Positions 29,301 through 36,235 of a DNA stretch of 38,151 nucleotides are shown piece by piece. A model generated the notes under the pieces. The model was not told the DNA's origin. It worked only from the letters and a program-made list of their open reading frames with translations, and did not search any database. This stretch comes from a virus. The stretch lies in the IMG/VR virus record IMGVR_UViG_3300032007_000207. One strand, written 5' to 3'. Each line of letters starts with the position of its first letter. The stretch's first letter is position 1. The position numbers and the translations under genes were made by a program.

Positions 29301-30262
29301 GCTCCGGTCCCGCCGTTGGCGTTGAAGATCAGGTTGACGTAGTACCTGGTGGTGGCGGTGGGGGTCTTGGCCGGGTATATGTTCTGATTGCCGTTGACGG
29401 TGATGGAATCGCCCAGGCTCGTGCCGCCGTAGGAGTTCGCCATATCATTGCAGGACGAGTAGCTGATCCTCTTGATCAGGTAGCCCCCGGACATCGTGTC
29501 CTCGTTGTCCTTGGCCGCCCAGTCGATGTCCAGCTCCGAGCCTGCATCCACGGTGTAGTTGTAGTAGGTGCCCGTATGGGCCCCGGACTGCTCGGAGCCG
29601 TACCTGTAGAATGACTTGTAGTCCTGGCGATATACCTTGACCGTGTACTGGACCACGGGCTCTTCCATCCTGTTGGCGGGGTAGTACTTCTGGTGGTTGG
29701 TGTTCGCGACGACCGTGTCAGTGCCGCCTCCTGGATAGCCTGAGGAGGTCACCATGTTGTAGCAGTAGAGGTTCTCGTCCGCGCTGAACCAGTCCACATC
29801 CAGCGTGGAGCCCTTGTCCAGCGTGATGTCGGTGTAGGAAGTTTGCCATGCGGACCATGCGCCCGAGCCGATCTTGTACTTGTACTTGCTCCAGTTGCCC
29901 CTGTATACAGTGACCGTGATCTGCTCGGCGGGCGCGTCCGTGCTCCCGGAGACGGTGATCGTCCAGTTGTCCACGGTCTGATTCTGCTTCAGGACCGAGA
30001 AGGCGATCTCCGCCGAGAAGGATCCGGAGGACGATGGCGTGATCTTCCCGGTGAGAAGGGGTATCACATAGCCGTTCGGGAGGCTCTGGGCAGTCACCGC
30101 CAGCTCCGTCACACTGCATCTGGTCCTCGAGGTCGCCGTAGGTCCCGACAGGACGCCGCCGTTGGGTTGCATGTTGTTCGTGAGCGTGGCGGCGACGCTG
30201 AATGTGTGCTGGGTGCCCACGGCGACCTGGCCGACGTCGACGGATTTCGTGCGGTCGGTCAC
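23366..30262 (-). CDS. Giant tail protein: N-terminal adhesin-like repeat array fused to a baseplate hub/Tal-like region (2298 aa)
   Basis: Several Flg_new/InlB-B-type repeats (F.ANGG.G..P...GY.F.GW...TLYA.W) and Ig-like segments; the last ~745 aa are hub-like; follows the Dit-like gene. Confidence 0.75.
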   Translation of the reverse strand: MTDRTKSVDVGQVAVGTQHTFSVAATLTNNMQPNGGVLSGPTATSRTRCSVTELAVTAQSLPNGYVIPLLTGKITPSSSGSFSAEIAFSVLKQNQTVDNWTITVSGSTDAPAEQITVTVYRGNWSKYKYKIGSGAWSAWQTSYTDITLDKGSTLDVDWFSADENLYCYNMVTSSGYPGGGTDTVVANTNHQKYYPANRMEEPVVQYTVKVYRQDYKSFYRYGSEQSGAHTGTYYNYTVDAGSELDIDWAAKDNEDTMSGGYLIKRISYSSCNDMANSYGGTSLGDSITVNGNQNIYPAKTPTATTRYYVNLIFNANGGTGAPDVSSGNSNYTSVSMQIPSTEPERPGYRFLGWAESSSASSPEYVAGGTGTFDYGTYTLYAVWVSTTPQLSGKFFDVQKNELGSSADVGGRTYGSSMTWRMLYTPNRISSATSFDITSSDPSVIAVSFWGTLASDTSYVAVDLLVKKPGKATIRVDYVYNNVTYYNEIELTALPVVRLYRLGWNYFGKYNDTMYGSSYSYKDYDVAYNGSFNATWYKVSGDRTSPYCENMVETDTYPGGGSDSIGNITSDRTFYPAVAMPRTFTITIRTGGGHCNVSCTNSTRHTSSLVISSGSVSVSAYDGDSLTIDAIPDTGYKFDGLTLGTSVISSVQPFSFVMDSSYEAKTFYVDISLQTFSIGVQSNSRSYGTVSQASVQNVPYGSSITANGSSIVINGTTVTATPADFTREYTYEFYEWRVWNQVLPDGASVSVTEATTVYAIFSRRTTTFTPVSPNPWRDRNNTQTIDRAEVAVDGTVTVRVNSSVDLVSVAGRDYTVRVTDASGNTVGNATASAELGTVYYALVTASGVSHGDCYLRFDYRGSSCYYYTMLPLSVIKYWTVSTSCSRGGSITSTDDHVAQGTSKTVTWTASTGYIVYSVRVDGVEKDPTLGSWTFSNVTSAHTVHVLFARNLAVSGSVGTPMDFHEAGVTVSSGAQWSGDTVIGGLTFGFYDDPWNGRTPRISGNPTSGSEGTYVAYVIDETSQAVSSKYTITIAAATSYALRLVSNGGQQDGSATIDMGDTSLANIVPPVKAGHTLNFYRVDDWEMPKIAEADGSLVADLVCQQTRYTDADGRWVYAGAVDLWADWTIQKYVVTFDAQGGVCSEQSREVTFGDTYDEDAPMPIPTKDGMSFYGWFTQPGGEGLQITNSTVVGENSTRTLYAWWVVPTEIEHASGWTFESSSGPVIEQPMLLQKEQTRRVFWTHEDVSQSGSADRWSVDDDEVAGVEGVSASSSVLSADVSGVDIGSARVKAMWYHVASTGDAAYYYYSQLAVKVVPTITFDGNGGTPSVPSMATGADGTLPSMPVATWDSVHTFVGWFTSAVGGDRVDTSTVFQDDATVYAHWAVGYTVVYDANGGGGGPGYEVSQDSAEYHDFTVPDTVPTKDGETFTHWNTEVDGTGRSYDVGDTVRVTAAEPSITLYAQYAEETYEFILQYSAPGATGVPQSQEYEGSSPTYSATVSDAVPAKSELTFSGWSETEGSSWPDYLPGSRITLREGTTTLYAVWESGTGGATAAVDNVRIFKSVGGPYIDVSGRLAVRSRIHEVENFGATASFTIVNDYSDNLLASSFMGWSDHSSGALATGMFVQIRDGDETGYCWGTFMITTLDASDDLITVTCGDYIQVLRATGAEYYRNHYNPSGNRMMRAICRPTSPDTAIVMDRPEGVLFSGDINVGDVKYMVSEEQAYTVGSTDTHGNYHVTSVIYLGGTGSAYRSIGIVGLEYLKVYLKGHASSGGVDTVYYTISLYGGPSIGGDLIEEWEESTSRTSDYEEITLNLTDPVDLSAYSYITIRVTGYQTYGGSLTRIPMVYTMRATALDCTTSVDSTDYSGSSLYCVLGAFIYENCGGTNGTDVEGPYFKITSIHNATPSSALITPGFERAWATYTDPSSNVNLVDVATAILEAPGATLVSVNCAREINMFRCGGDDYHAYLAALADMEDEGGTYEGRQHAFCASPGQWAVVNLGLRYRAEDTGQKTFYYGGDTAPNASAQVAKSFNPSISKAGRPILAMSKGTANDGTPIMVAIRDPDVEIGSSVVTLSSSDTSAKDSAFAAYSKIMTNRSTQWEGEMELSGIYDAFMKRSGRWIGGVPVRIRDSRYGMSNYKAKVKECTIDYQSLITTLVLNNYSENYSNELIDTSAMAFQAGNRASVATAAELYTRQYVFVETSQALPSGSAYQVEYYMDGAWAATVDAEIIKYPELGICTVVGYFPIGNDFSTNQYPITKLRLVVDSVAGSDIPIPEAVRPDKNQLQYVIVNIQMTLN

Positions 30263-30630
30263 TGTTCCACCACCGTCAGGCTGAACGAGACGAACAGGGA
30301 CCCGCCCATGTCTGTGGGCGTGGCCGATGTGATCAGGCCCTGCCTGTACGTCGCGTCGTTCACCGTGCTCATGACCCTCACAAGCCTGCCGTCCTTCAGG
30401 TCCTCGATGGCCTTGACGTTGGCCGAGGTCCTCCGGCAGTAGCCCCTGACCGTGCAGGTCGCCGAGTGGCGCCCCCTGTGGTACAGGAGGTCGTAGTCCG
30501 CCCCGTCGATCTCATGGGTGGTGATCTTGGGCTCCGAGGTCCACGGGCTCTTGGCCGTGAACTTCAGGGCCGAGGACACGGTGGTCCATGTGGATCCCCC
30601 GTCCGTCGAGTACTGCATCGTTATCGTCAT
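30259..30630 (-). CDS. Distal-tail (Dit)-like protein (123 aa)
   Basis: Position between the TMP-like genes and the hub; beta-rich, ends VSFSLTVVEQ. Confidence 0.55.
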   Translation of the reverse strand: MTITMQYSTDGGSTWTTVSSALKFTAKSPWTSEPKITTHEIDGADYDLLYHRGRHSATCTVRGYCRRTSANVKAIEDLKDGRLVRVMSTVNDATYRQGLITSATPTDMGGSLFVSFSLTVVEQ

Positions 30631-31247
30631 AGGACCTTGCCCCCGTAGATGGTGCTGATGGAATTGGCGGCCGAGGCCTGCCCCCCGCTGATGTCGCGGA
30701 TGTTGATGATGTTGGTGGTCTGGGAGGACGAGGATCCCCCCTGGGTGCCGTAGGCCGCCGCGACCCCGGCCGCGGCTCCCATGCCGGCGGATGCGAGGGC
30801 GAGCTTCCACGGGCTCTCCAGCACCGAGTTGTACGTGTTGATGATGGCTCCCTTCAGGGCCTGGAGATTCAGCATCTCCTGGACGAGCGCCAGGGCCTTC
30901 AGCCCCGTGGCCATTCCGATGAGCACCTGGAACCCCGCATTGACCATCCTGACCTTCTCCGCGTCCTCGTCGCTGACGATGCCGAGGGTGATCAGCCCGT
31001 TGGTCACGCCGTTGACGGCGCTGGCCATGGCCGTGAGCGTCAGGATGGTGCCCTTGATCTCGTTCTGCATCCCGACGAGGTTGGCCTGAGACTGCTCCGT
31101 GGTCTGCTGGAGGGACTCCATGTCCTGCTCCAGGGTCACGACCTGCTGGTCCGTGTCCGGCAGGGTGGCGTCCGCCTCCCTCCTTACCTCCGAGAGGTTG
31201 GTTTGGATGGTGTAGGTGTAGATCACGCTCCTGTCCAGGTCGCTCAC
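30627..31247 (-). CDS. Short tape-measure-like protein B (206 aa, GTG start)
   Basis: Coiled-coil followed by Ala/Gly-rich amphipathic helices. Confidence 0.55.
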   Translation of the reverse strand: MSDLDRSVIYTYTIQTNLSEVRREADATLPDTDQQVVTLEQDMESLQQTTEQSQANLVGMQNEIKGTILTLTAMASAVNGVTNGLITLGIVSDEDAEKVRMVNAGFQVLIGMATGLKALALVQEMLNLQALKGAIINTYNSVLESPWKLALASAGMGAAAGVAAAYGTQGGSSSSQTTNIINIRDISGGQASAANSISTIYGGKVL

Positions 31248-31690
31248 ATTACCGCCCCCAGCGCTCCGAGCATCCCGTTGACCCCGGCTGGAGTCGAGAG
31301 ATCGAAGTCCCCGACCTCGATTACGTTGACTATGCCGTACATGGTGGCCGCGGCGGCGCCCGCGGCGGCGGTCGCCAGGGCGATCTGCGCCCAGCCCCAC
31401 GGCCCCAGGGCGAGCTTGGCGGCGGTGAGCGCTGCGGCCTCGCCCGCCTCGCGGGCCGTATATGCCGCGTAGAGGGCCTTGAGGCCCTGGAGCATGCCGA
31501 GGGTCCCGCCCACCACCTGGAGGGCGCTGCCGCTGATGCTGAGGGCCATGGCGAGGGCGTCGTCGTTCGCCCCCATGGCGGTCATGGCCTTGTTGACCCC
31601 GTTGACCCCCTGCGTGATGTTGCTGTTGAGGCCCTTGGCCTCCTTGATCTGCATGGCGCTGAACCGCGCCATCTCGTGGCCGAGGTTCAT
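31244..31690 (-). CDS. Short tape-measure-like protein A (148 aa)
   Basis: Ala/Gly-rich, GPWGW motif; follows the tail chaperone. Confidence 0.5.
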   Translation of the reverse strand: MNLGHEMARFSAMQIKEAKGLNSNITQGVNGVNKAMTAMGANDDALAMALSISGSALQVVGGTLGMLQGLKALYAAYTAREAGEAAALTAAKLALGPWGWAQIALATAAAGAAAATMYGIVNVIEVGDFDLSTPAGVNGMLGALGAVM

Positions 31691-32316
31691 CTGAGGACCC
31701 CCATGTCCTTGTAGAGCTTCTCCGTGGCCCTGTTCTCCTGCTCGATGACGCCGTAGAGCGCCCTGTACTGCTCGTACGTCGGGTCCCTTATGTGGTCCTC
31801 GGTCACGAGCTGGATGTGGAACCTCTCGGCCATCTCCAGCGCGGAGTAGTCCACGGGAGCTCCCCAGGACGTGAGGATGACCTGCATCTGGCGCAGGGCC
31901 TCCTGCTCCTCGGGCTCCAGGCTGTCGAAGAAGGCCTCGTAGTCCTCCGGCGTGGTCAGGAAGGGGTACTCGATGGTCCCAAGCATGTACAGGTCGAAGG
32001 ACGGCATCATCTGCGCCGCGAGCTCATTGGCCCTCGCCACGGTGTCGGGGTCGGCATCCTCCTGCTGGGCCACCGGGAACACTTCGCGGGCCTCCGCCTC
32101 GAGGAGCGCCAGCCCCGGGTACCTCATGTACCTGATCTGGTCTATGTGGTCGTGCATCCTCTTGCTGATGTGCTTGAGGACGATGGATCCCCTGCTGGTG
32201 TGGATGACGTACCTCTCCCTGGTGTGGCCGAGGATGTCGGTTATCGGGACGGCCCTTATCTGGGGGAGGTCCTCGACCCTGTATCTCCCCCCGTCGAAGG
32301 AGACCTGGCCCATCAT
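31687..32316 (-). CDS. Putative tail assembly chaperone (209 aa)
   Basis: Position directly after the major tail protein; acidic helical. Confidence 0.5.
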   Translation of the reverse strand: MMGQVSFDGGRYRVEDLPQIRAVPITDILGHTRERYVIHTSRGSIVLKHISKRMHDHIDQIRYMRYPGLALLEAEAREVFPVAQQEDADPDTVARANELAAQMMPSFDLYMLGTIEYPFLTTPEDYEAFFDSLEPEEQEALRQMQVILTSWGAPVDYSALEMAERFHIQLVTEDHIRDPTYEQYRALYGVIEQENRATEKLYKDMGVLR

Positions 32317-33230
32317 ACCACCGTCATTGATCCCGCGTGGATGCGGACCGTCTCGGTGTACGTGGACTGCGCCCTGGACGGGTGGTCCTCGGTGTCGACG
32401 TAGCATTTGCCGAAGGTGAAGGTCCTCCCGCCGATCACGTGCGTGATGAAGAACAGGGGCGTGTCGTTGTCCTCGGTGGCCTTGAGGTTGTCCCAGTAGG
32501 CCCCCGTGCTCAGGAGGTCGTACTCCAGCTCCACGTCGCATATCTGGGGCACCAGGCCCTCGCCCGCGGCGTAGGCGTTGCCTCCGACGATGCCCGGCTC
32601 CTCCTCCAGATGGTTGTTGATCTTGACGGAGAAGCTCCTGGACGGGATGGTCACGCTCGCGCCCCCGATGGTCGCCACGGGGTAGGAGCTGTAGGTGATG
32701 GGCCTCTTGCTGGACGGTCCCGTCGAGGTGTCCCCGAGGGTCACGCCCAGGGCCGTGGCGACGGCGGCCACGGAGGCCTGCGTGGGGATCTGCCTCATGG
32801 CTTTGATCCCCAGGGCGGCGGTGATCTTGTCGCCCACGCCCGCGGCGGAGAGCTCCAGGGTGTCCACTTTGCACCCGGTGTATGCCACCCACTCGTCGGC
32901 CGCGATCCTCATGAGAGCCGTGAACGAATCCAGATCGTTCTCCGGGTCGTAGGCCAGCTCCAGGATGTCCTTCCAGAGGTAGCCCGCCGTGGTGTCGTCC
33001 CTGTAGAGGGACACGTTCGCGGAGAATCCCGCGGAGCGCTGGGTGTAGAGGACGGTGTCGAAGATCCTCGAGCCCTCGGCATACTGCTCCTCCTCGCCCG
33101 CGTTGCCGTTCCCCGACATCGTGTTCATGAATCCGACGTACTCGAAGTCCGTGTTGCCGGGGGTCGTTCCAAAAGTATTCTCGATAATGTACTGAAGCGC
33201 CCCGAGGGAGCCTGGTGTCTTCACTGCCAT
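32313..33230 (-). CDS. Major tail tube protein (305 aa)
   Basis: LQYIIENTFGTTP, YTGCKVDTLELS, SFSVKINNHL; position in the tail operon. Confidence 0.75.
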   Translation of the reverse strand: MAVKTPGSLGALQYIIENTFGTTPGNTDFEYVGFMNTMSGNGNAGEEEQYAEGSRIFDTVLYTQRSAGFSANVSLYRDDTTAGYLWKDILELAYDPENDLDSFTALMRIAADEWVAYTGCKVDTLELSAAGVGDKITAALGIKAMRQIPTQASVAAVATALGVTLGDTSTGPSSKRPITYSSYPVATIGGASVTIPSRSFSVKINNHLEEEPGIVGGNAYAAGEGLVPQICDVELEYDLLSTGAYWDNLKATEDNDTPLFFITHVIGGRTFTFGKCYVDTEDHPSRAQSTYTETVRIHAGSMTVV

Positions 33231-33234
33231 CGTA

Positions 33235-33681
33235 TCATTCTCCCGGTCCAGATTTGTAGATCTCGAGCTCGAGGGAGTAGACCGTCCTCCCGTCCGAGTC
33301 GAAGCCGTCGTGGGACGGCGGATGCATCGCCCTGATGCAGTGGTAGAAGCTCCCGTTGACCTCCCTGTCCAGGAGGCACGCGGGGAGGTCCCCGTTGTTC
33401 CTGAAGAAGCGGTAGACCTCGCTGGCGAACTCGTAGACCCTCGCCTGGCCCTGGGCGTTGTACTGCCCGGCGAACACGAGGTTGAGGGTGCTCCTGGATG
33501 CGTCCACGGTCACGTCCGCCTCCTGGGACGACCTCGCCTCGGAGGCGATCATCGTGAGGGGGCGGTTGTCGTACGCCCCCTGGTCGGCGGGCGTGAAGTA
33601 CTCGAACATGCGCCTGTAATGGTGGCCGCCGATGTCGGCCGCCTCGACCAGCGCGATGATGTCCTCCCCAATGGTTGTCAT
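33235..33681 (-). CDS. Tail terminator/completion-like protein (148 aa)
   Basis: Position before the MTP; ends D.DGRTVYSLELEI. Confidence 0.55.
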   Translation of the reverse strand: MTTIGEDIIALVEAADIGGHHYRRMFEYFTPADQGAYDNRPLTMIASEARSSQEADVTVDASRSTLNLVFAGQYNAQGQARVYEFASEVYRFFRNNGDLPACLLDREVNGSFYHCIRAMHPPSHDGFDSDGRTVYSLELEIYKSGPGE

Positions 33682-34208
33682 GCTCCCCCCATCCTCAGGA
33701 GCTCGTCGAGCTTCCTGTTGACCGCCTGGGGGATGTAGTCCGCGTTGTCCTCCACGGCCTTGGTGACGAACTTGTTGCCGGTGTTCTGCGTGGTCCAGCC
33801 GCGGCCGTAGCCGTACATCCCCTCGGACCAGTACTCGCCCTCCCTGGGCTTCAGCGCCTCATGGACGTACGGCGCATAGCCCACAGTGGCGGTCGCGTGA
33901 GCTCCAAAGGTGACCGTGTTCCTCTTGCCGGGCGCATCCCTGACCGGGTCGTTCTGGACGGCGTTCCTGAGGGCCTTGGCGGTCCCCGAGGTGTGCCCGG
34001 TCCTGGTGCGCTTCCCGTCCTTCCTGACGTACCAGTCATAACGGCGCTTGGTCGCCAGGGGCGTCCTGCGGATCATCGCGGTCCGGGGCTTGGTCATGAG
34101 GACCTGCTTCAGGCAGATGATACCCTGCTCCTCCACGCCCTTCTGCGCGAAGTCTATCGCCACCTGGACCTCGCCTACGTCGTTGACCCTGTAGCGGCGG
34201 ACGATCAC
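33678..34208 (-). CDS. HK97 gp10-like neck/tail-component protein (176 aa, GTG start)
   Basis: TP..T...SGT..ALRN, VGYAPYVHE, KFVTKAV. Confidence 0.65.
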   Translation of the reverse strand: MIVRRYRVNDVGEVQVAIDFAQKGVEEQGIICLKQVLMTKPRTAMIRRTPLATKRRYDWYVRKDGKRTRTGHTSGTAKALRNAVQNDPVRDAPGKRNTVTFGAHATATVGYAPYVHEALKPREGEYWSEGMYGYGRGWTTQNTGNKFVTKAVEDNADYIPQAVNRKLDELLRMGGA

Positions 34209-34711
34209 AGGCGATACCTCCAGTAGTGGTGGAGGCTCGCCACGGAGTCCTGCAGGACGGGATCCACGGGAGCGCGGTCGTACCTGGCCTTGACCAGGTC
34301 GCAGATGGCGGACCTTATGTCCTCGGGGCAGTCCGCGAAGCCGACCCTGCAGACGATGCGGGGGTCCGTCCCGCCCTCGGGGAGCTCGTACTCGAGGAAC
34401 ATCCTCTTAGGGGTGCCGTCGAGCCTGAAGGGCATGTCCTGGGGCACGCCGTCGCCGTCGGTGTAGGCGCACTTCTCGACCCTGTCGAGCCTGTATGGGA
34501 GCTCCACGCGCCTCGGGGGCAGTCCGGAGAGCTCCACGCCGCGGTAGCCGATGTACATCCCGAGGGCCCCCTCGAGCATCGTGCGTGAGGCGGTGATGTT
34601 CCTCCGGATGGGGTCGTCGTAGGTCAGGTCCGTCGGGCTGTAGCCGAGGTGGTCCTTGACCTCGTCCACGGTCACGGGCTCCACGATGCGGTCGCCGATG
34701 TCTCTAATCAT
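34205..34711 (-). CDS. Head-tail connector (HK97 gp6/SPP1 gp15-like) (168 aa)
   Basis: EPVTVDEVKDHL..DD.I...I.A.R..LE, PEDIRSAI..LV..RYD. Confidence 0.8.
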   Translation of the reverse strand: MIRDIGDRIVEPVTVDEVKDHLGYSPTDLTYDDPIRRNITASRTMLEGALGMYIGYRGVELSGLPPRRVELPYRLDRVEKCAYTDGDGVPQDMPFRLDGTPKRMFLEYELPEGGTDPRIVCRVGFADCPEDIRSAICDLVKARYDRAPVDPVLQDSVASLHHYWRYRL

Positions 34712-34754
34712 GCGCGGACGATGCGCGGACGATAAGGGATATAATCACAGAAAC
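34709..34754 (-). promoter_or_regulatory. Late promoter/leader, copy 2 of the 46-bp direct repeat
   Basis: Identical to 3636-3681; motif 34740-34752, 29 nt from ATG 34711. Confidence 0.8.
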
Positions 34755-34777
34755 CCCGGGGGGCTGATGCCCCGGGG
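34754..34777 (-). terminator. GC hairpin upstream of the promoter
   Basis: cccc-gg-ggggc-tgat-gcccc-gggg. Confidence 0.4.
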
Positions 34778-34835
34778 TAAGGAGGTATTGCGACATCTTG
34801 GTGGGAGGGGCGGGCCCCTCCCTGGAGGTAACGGT

Positions 34836-35375
34836 TCACTCGTTCATCTTGCGGCGGATCTTCTCGGCGCCGTCCTTGGCGACCCCGATGTGGCCGACGA
34901 TCTCGTTGATCATGGCCTGGGGGCCGTCGTTGATCAGGGTGAAGCCCCACTTGGTGAGGGGGATGGTCGCCATGATGATGAGCAGGATGTAGAGCTCGAT
35001 GGTCACATCGGCGAACCAGGTCTGGGCGAACAGGCCCACGAGGAGCCATGCCAGCACGGGTGCGGCGATTGCCATGAGGGCGGTCGTGGCGATGTACTTC
35101 CCCTGCCAGGGCTGTCCGGCGCCTTTGGACTCGGTCTTCCTCATGCTGTTGATGCCCACGGATATGATGATCCCGGCGACGAGGCCGATGAGCACGATGA
35201 ACACGAGGGCATTGGGGGAGTCGGGGACGAAGAATGTCTGCATCTTAGTCACTTCCTTGTTGAGGACGATGTATCCGAGGCCTGCCACGAAGAGCGTCCC
35301 GCAGGCATGCACGAAGGAGCGCATGCCGAGGATGCAGAGCACGGCCTCGATGTACAGTGCCGTCCTGCCGACCAT
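34836..35375 (-). CDS. Multi-pass membrane protein, holin-like (179 aa)
   Basis: Four to five hydrophobic segments and a basic C-terminus (KIRRK). Confidence 0.55.
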   Translation of the reverse strand: MVGRTALYIEAVLCILGMRSFVHACGTLFVAGLGYIVLNKEVTKMQTFFVPDSPNALVFIVLIGLVAGIIISVGINSMRKTESKGAGQPWQGKYIATTALMAIAAPVLAWLLVGLFAQTWFADVTIELYILLIIMATIPLTKWGFTLINDGPQAMINEIVGHIGVAKDGAEKIRRKMNE

Positions 35376-36151
35376 CAGAAGAGGGTCCTCCCTTCGGAGT
35401 GCGCTTTCCTCATGCCGAGCATGGCTATGATGCCGAACAGTCCAGCGACGACGGCGAGGATGCCTATGGCGATGTACAGGACGGTGTTGTCGCTCTGCCC
35501 GGCGGGGTGCTGGGCCTTGTACTCCCCGATGGCCTTGTCGATGGCCTTCTGGACGTCCTCGGGGGACTTGTAGTCGGCGTAGTGGGCGATGATGGCGTCC
35601 ACGTCCTCCTGGGTGTAGATGTACTCCCCGATGGCGATCTCGACGGCGATGGCGATGGCCTCCTCGACCTCCTCCTCGGTGTACAGGCCCTCGATGAGGG
35701 CGGCGATCTCCGCGGGGGTGTAGAGGGATGCGGTCGTGGGAATGACGAACTCCACGACGGTCTTGGCCTTGGCCACGTCGATGTCGACGATGGCCTCCAG
35801 GGCGGTGCTGACGGTCGCGTACATGTCGATGGGCACGGTGATGGTCTTGTCCCCGAGGTACTTGACGAGTCCGGAGGGGACGTCGTCGACGGTCTTCCCG
35901 GCTTTGTACTCGTAGGGGATGACGTACTCCGCGTCGAACGCGTCGGAGCCGATGACGGCCTCGATCTCGTCCTCCGTGGAGACTCCTGCAGTCTTATAGG
36001 TGATCAGGACCCCGTTCTCCGCATCGGCGACCTCCCACGCGACGGTGGGCTCGGCGGCGGCGTCAGCGCCGTCCTCGGCGATGACGAACGCACCTGCCAG
36101 TGCGAGAGCGAAGGCGATGATACCAGTTGCGATTATGGTGGATTTTGCCAT
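35375..36151 (-). CDS. Surface/membrane protein with N-terminal signal and C-terminal TM anchor (258 aa)
   Basis: MAKSTIIATGIIAFALALAGAF; YT.E(E/D)V..AI repeats; NTVLYIAIGILAVVAGLFGII; own promoter and GGAGG RBS. Confidence 0.7.
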   Translation of the reverse strand: MAKSTIIATGIIAFALALAGAFVIAEDGADAAAEPTVAWEVADAENGVLITYKTAGVSTEDEIEAVIGSDAFDAEYVIPYEYKAGKTVDDVPSGLVKYLGDKTITVPIDMYATVSTALEAIVDIDVAKAKTVVEFVIPTTASLYTPAEIAALIEGLYTEEEVEEAIAIAVEIAIGEYIYTQEDVDAIIAHYADYKSPEDVQKAIDKAIGEYKAQHPAGQSDNTVLYIAIGILAVVAGLFGIIAMLGMRKAHSEGRTLF

Positions 36152-36193
36152 ATATGGTTGCCTCCGGCCATGCCATACGTGCATGTTAAGAGG

Positions 36194-36206
36194 TATAATC
36201 ACAGAA
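36194..36206 (-). promoter_or_regulatory. Late promoter motif TTCTGTGATTATA
   Basis: Exact motif upstream of GGAGG (36161-36165) and ATG 36151. Confidence 0.7.
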
Positions 36207-36210
36207 GAAT

Positions 36211-36226
36211 CCCCCCGTATGGGGGG
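36211..36226 (-). terminator. GC stem-loop after the chaperone gene
   Basis: cccccc-gtat-gggggg, 10 nt past the CGA at 36236-36238. Confidence 0.5.
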
Positions 36227-36235
36227 TAAATGGGT

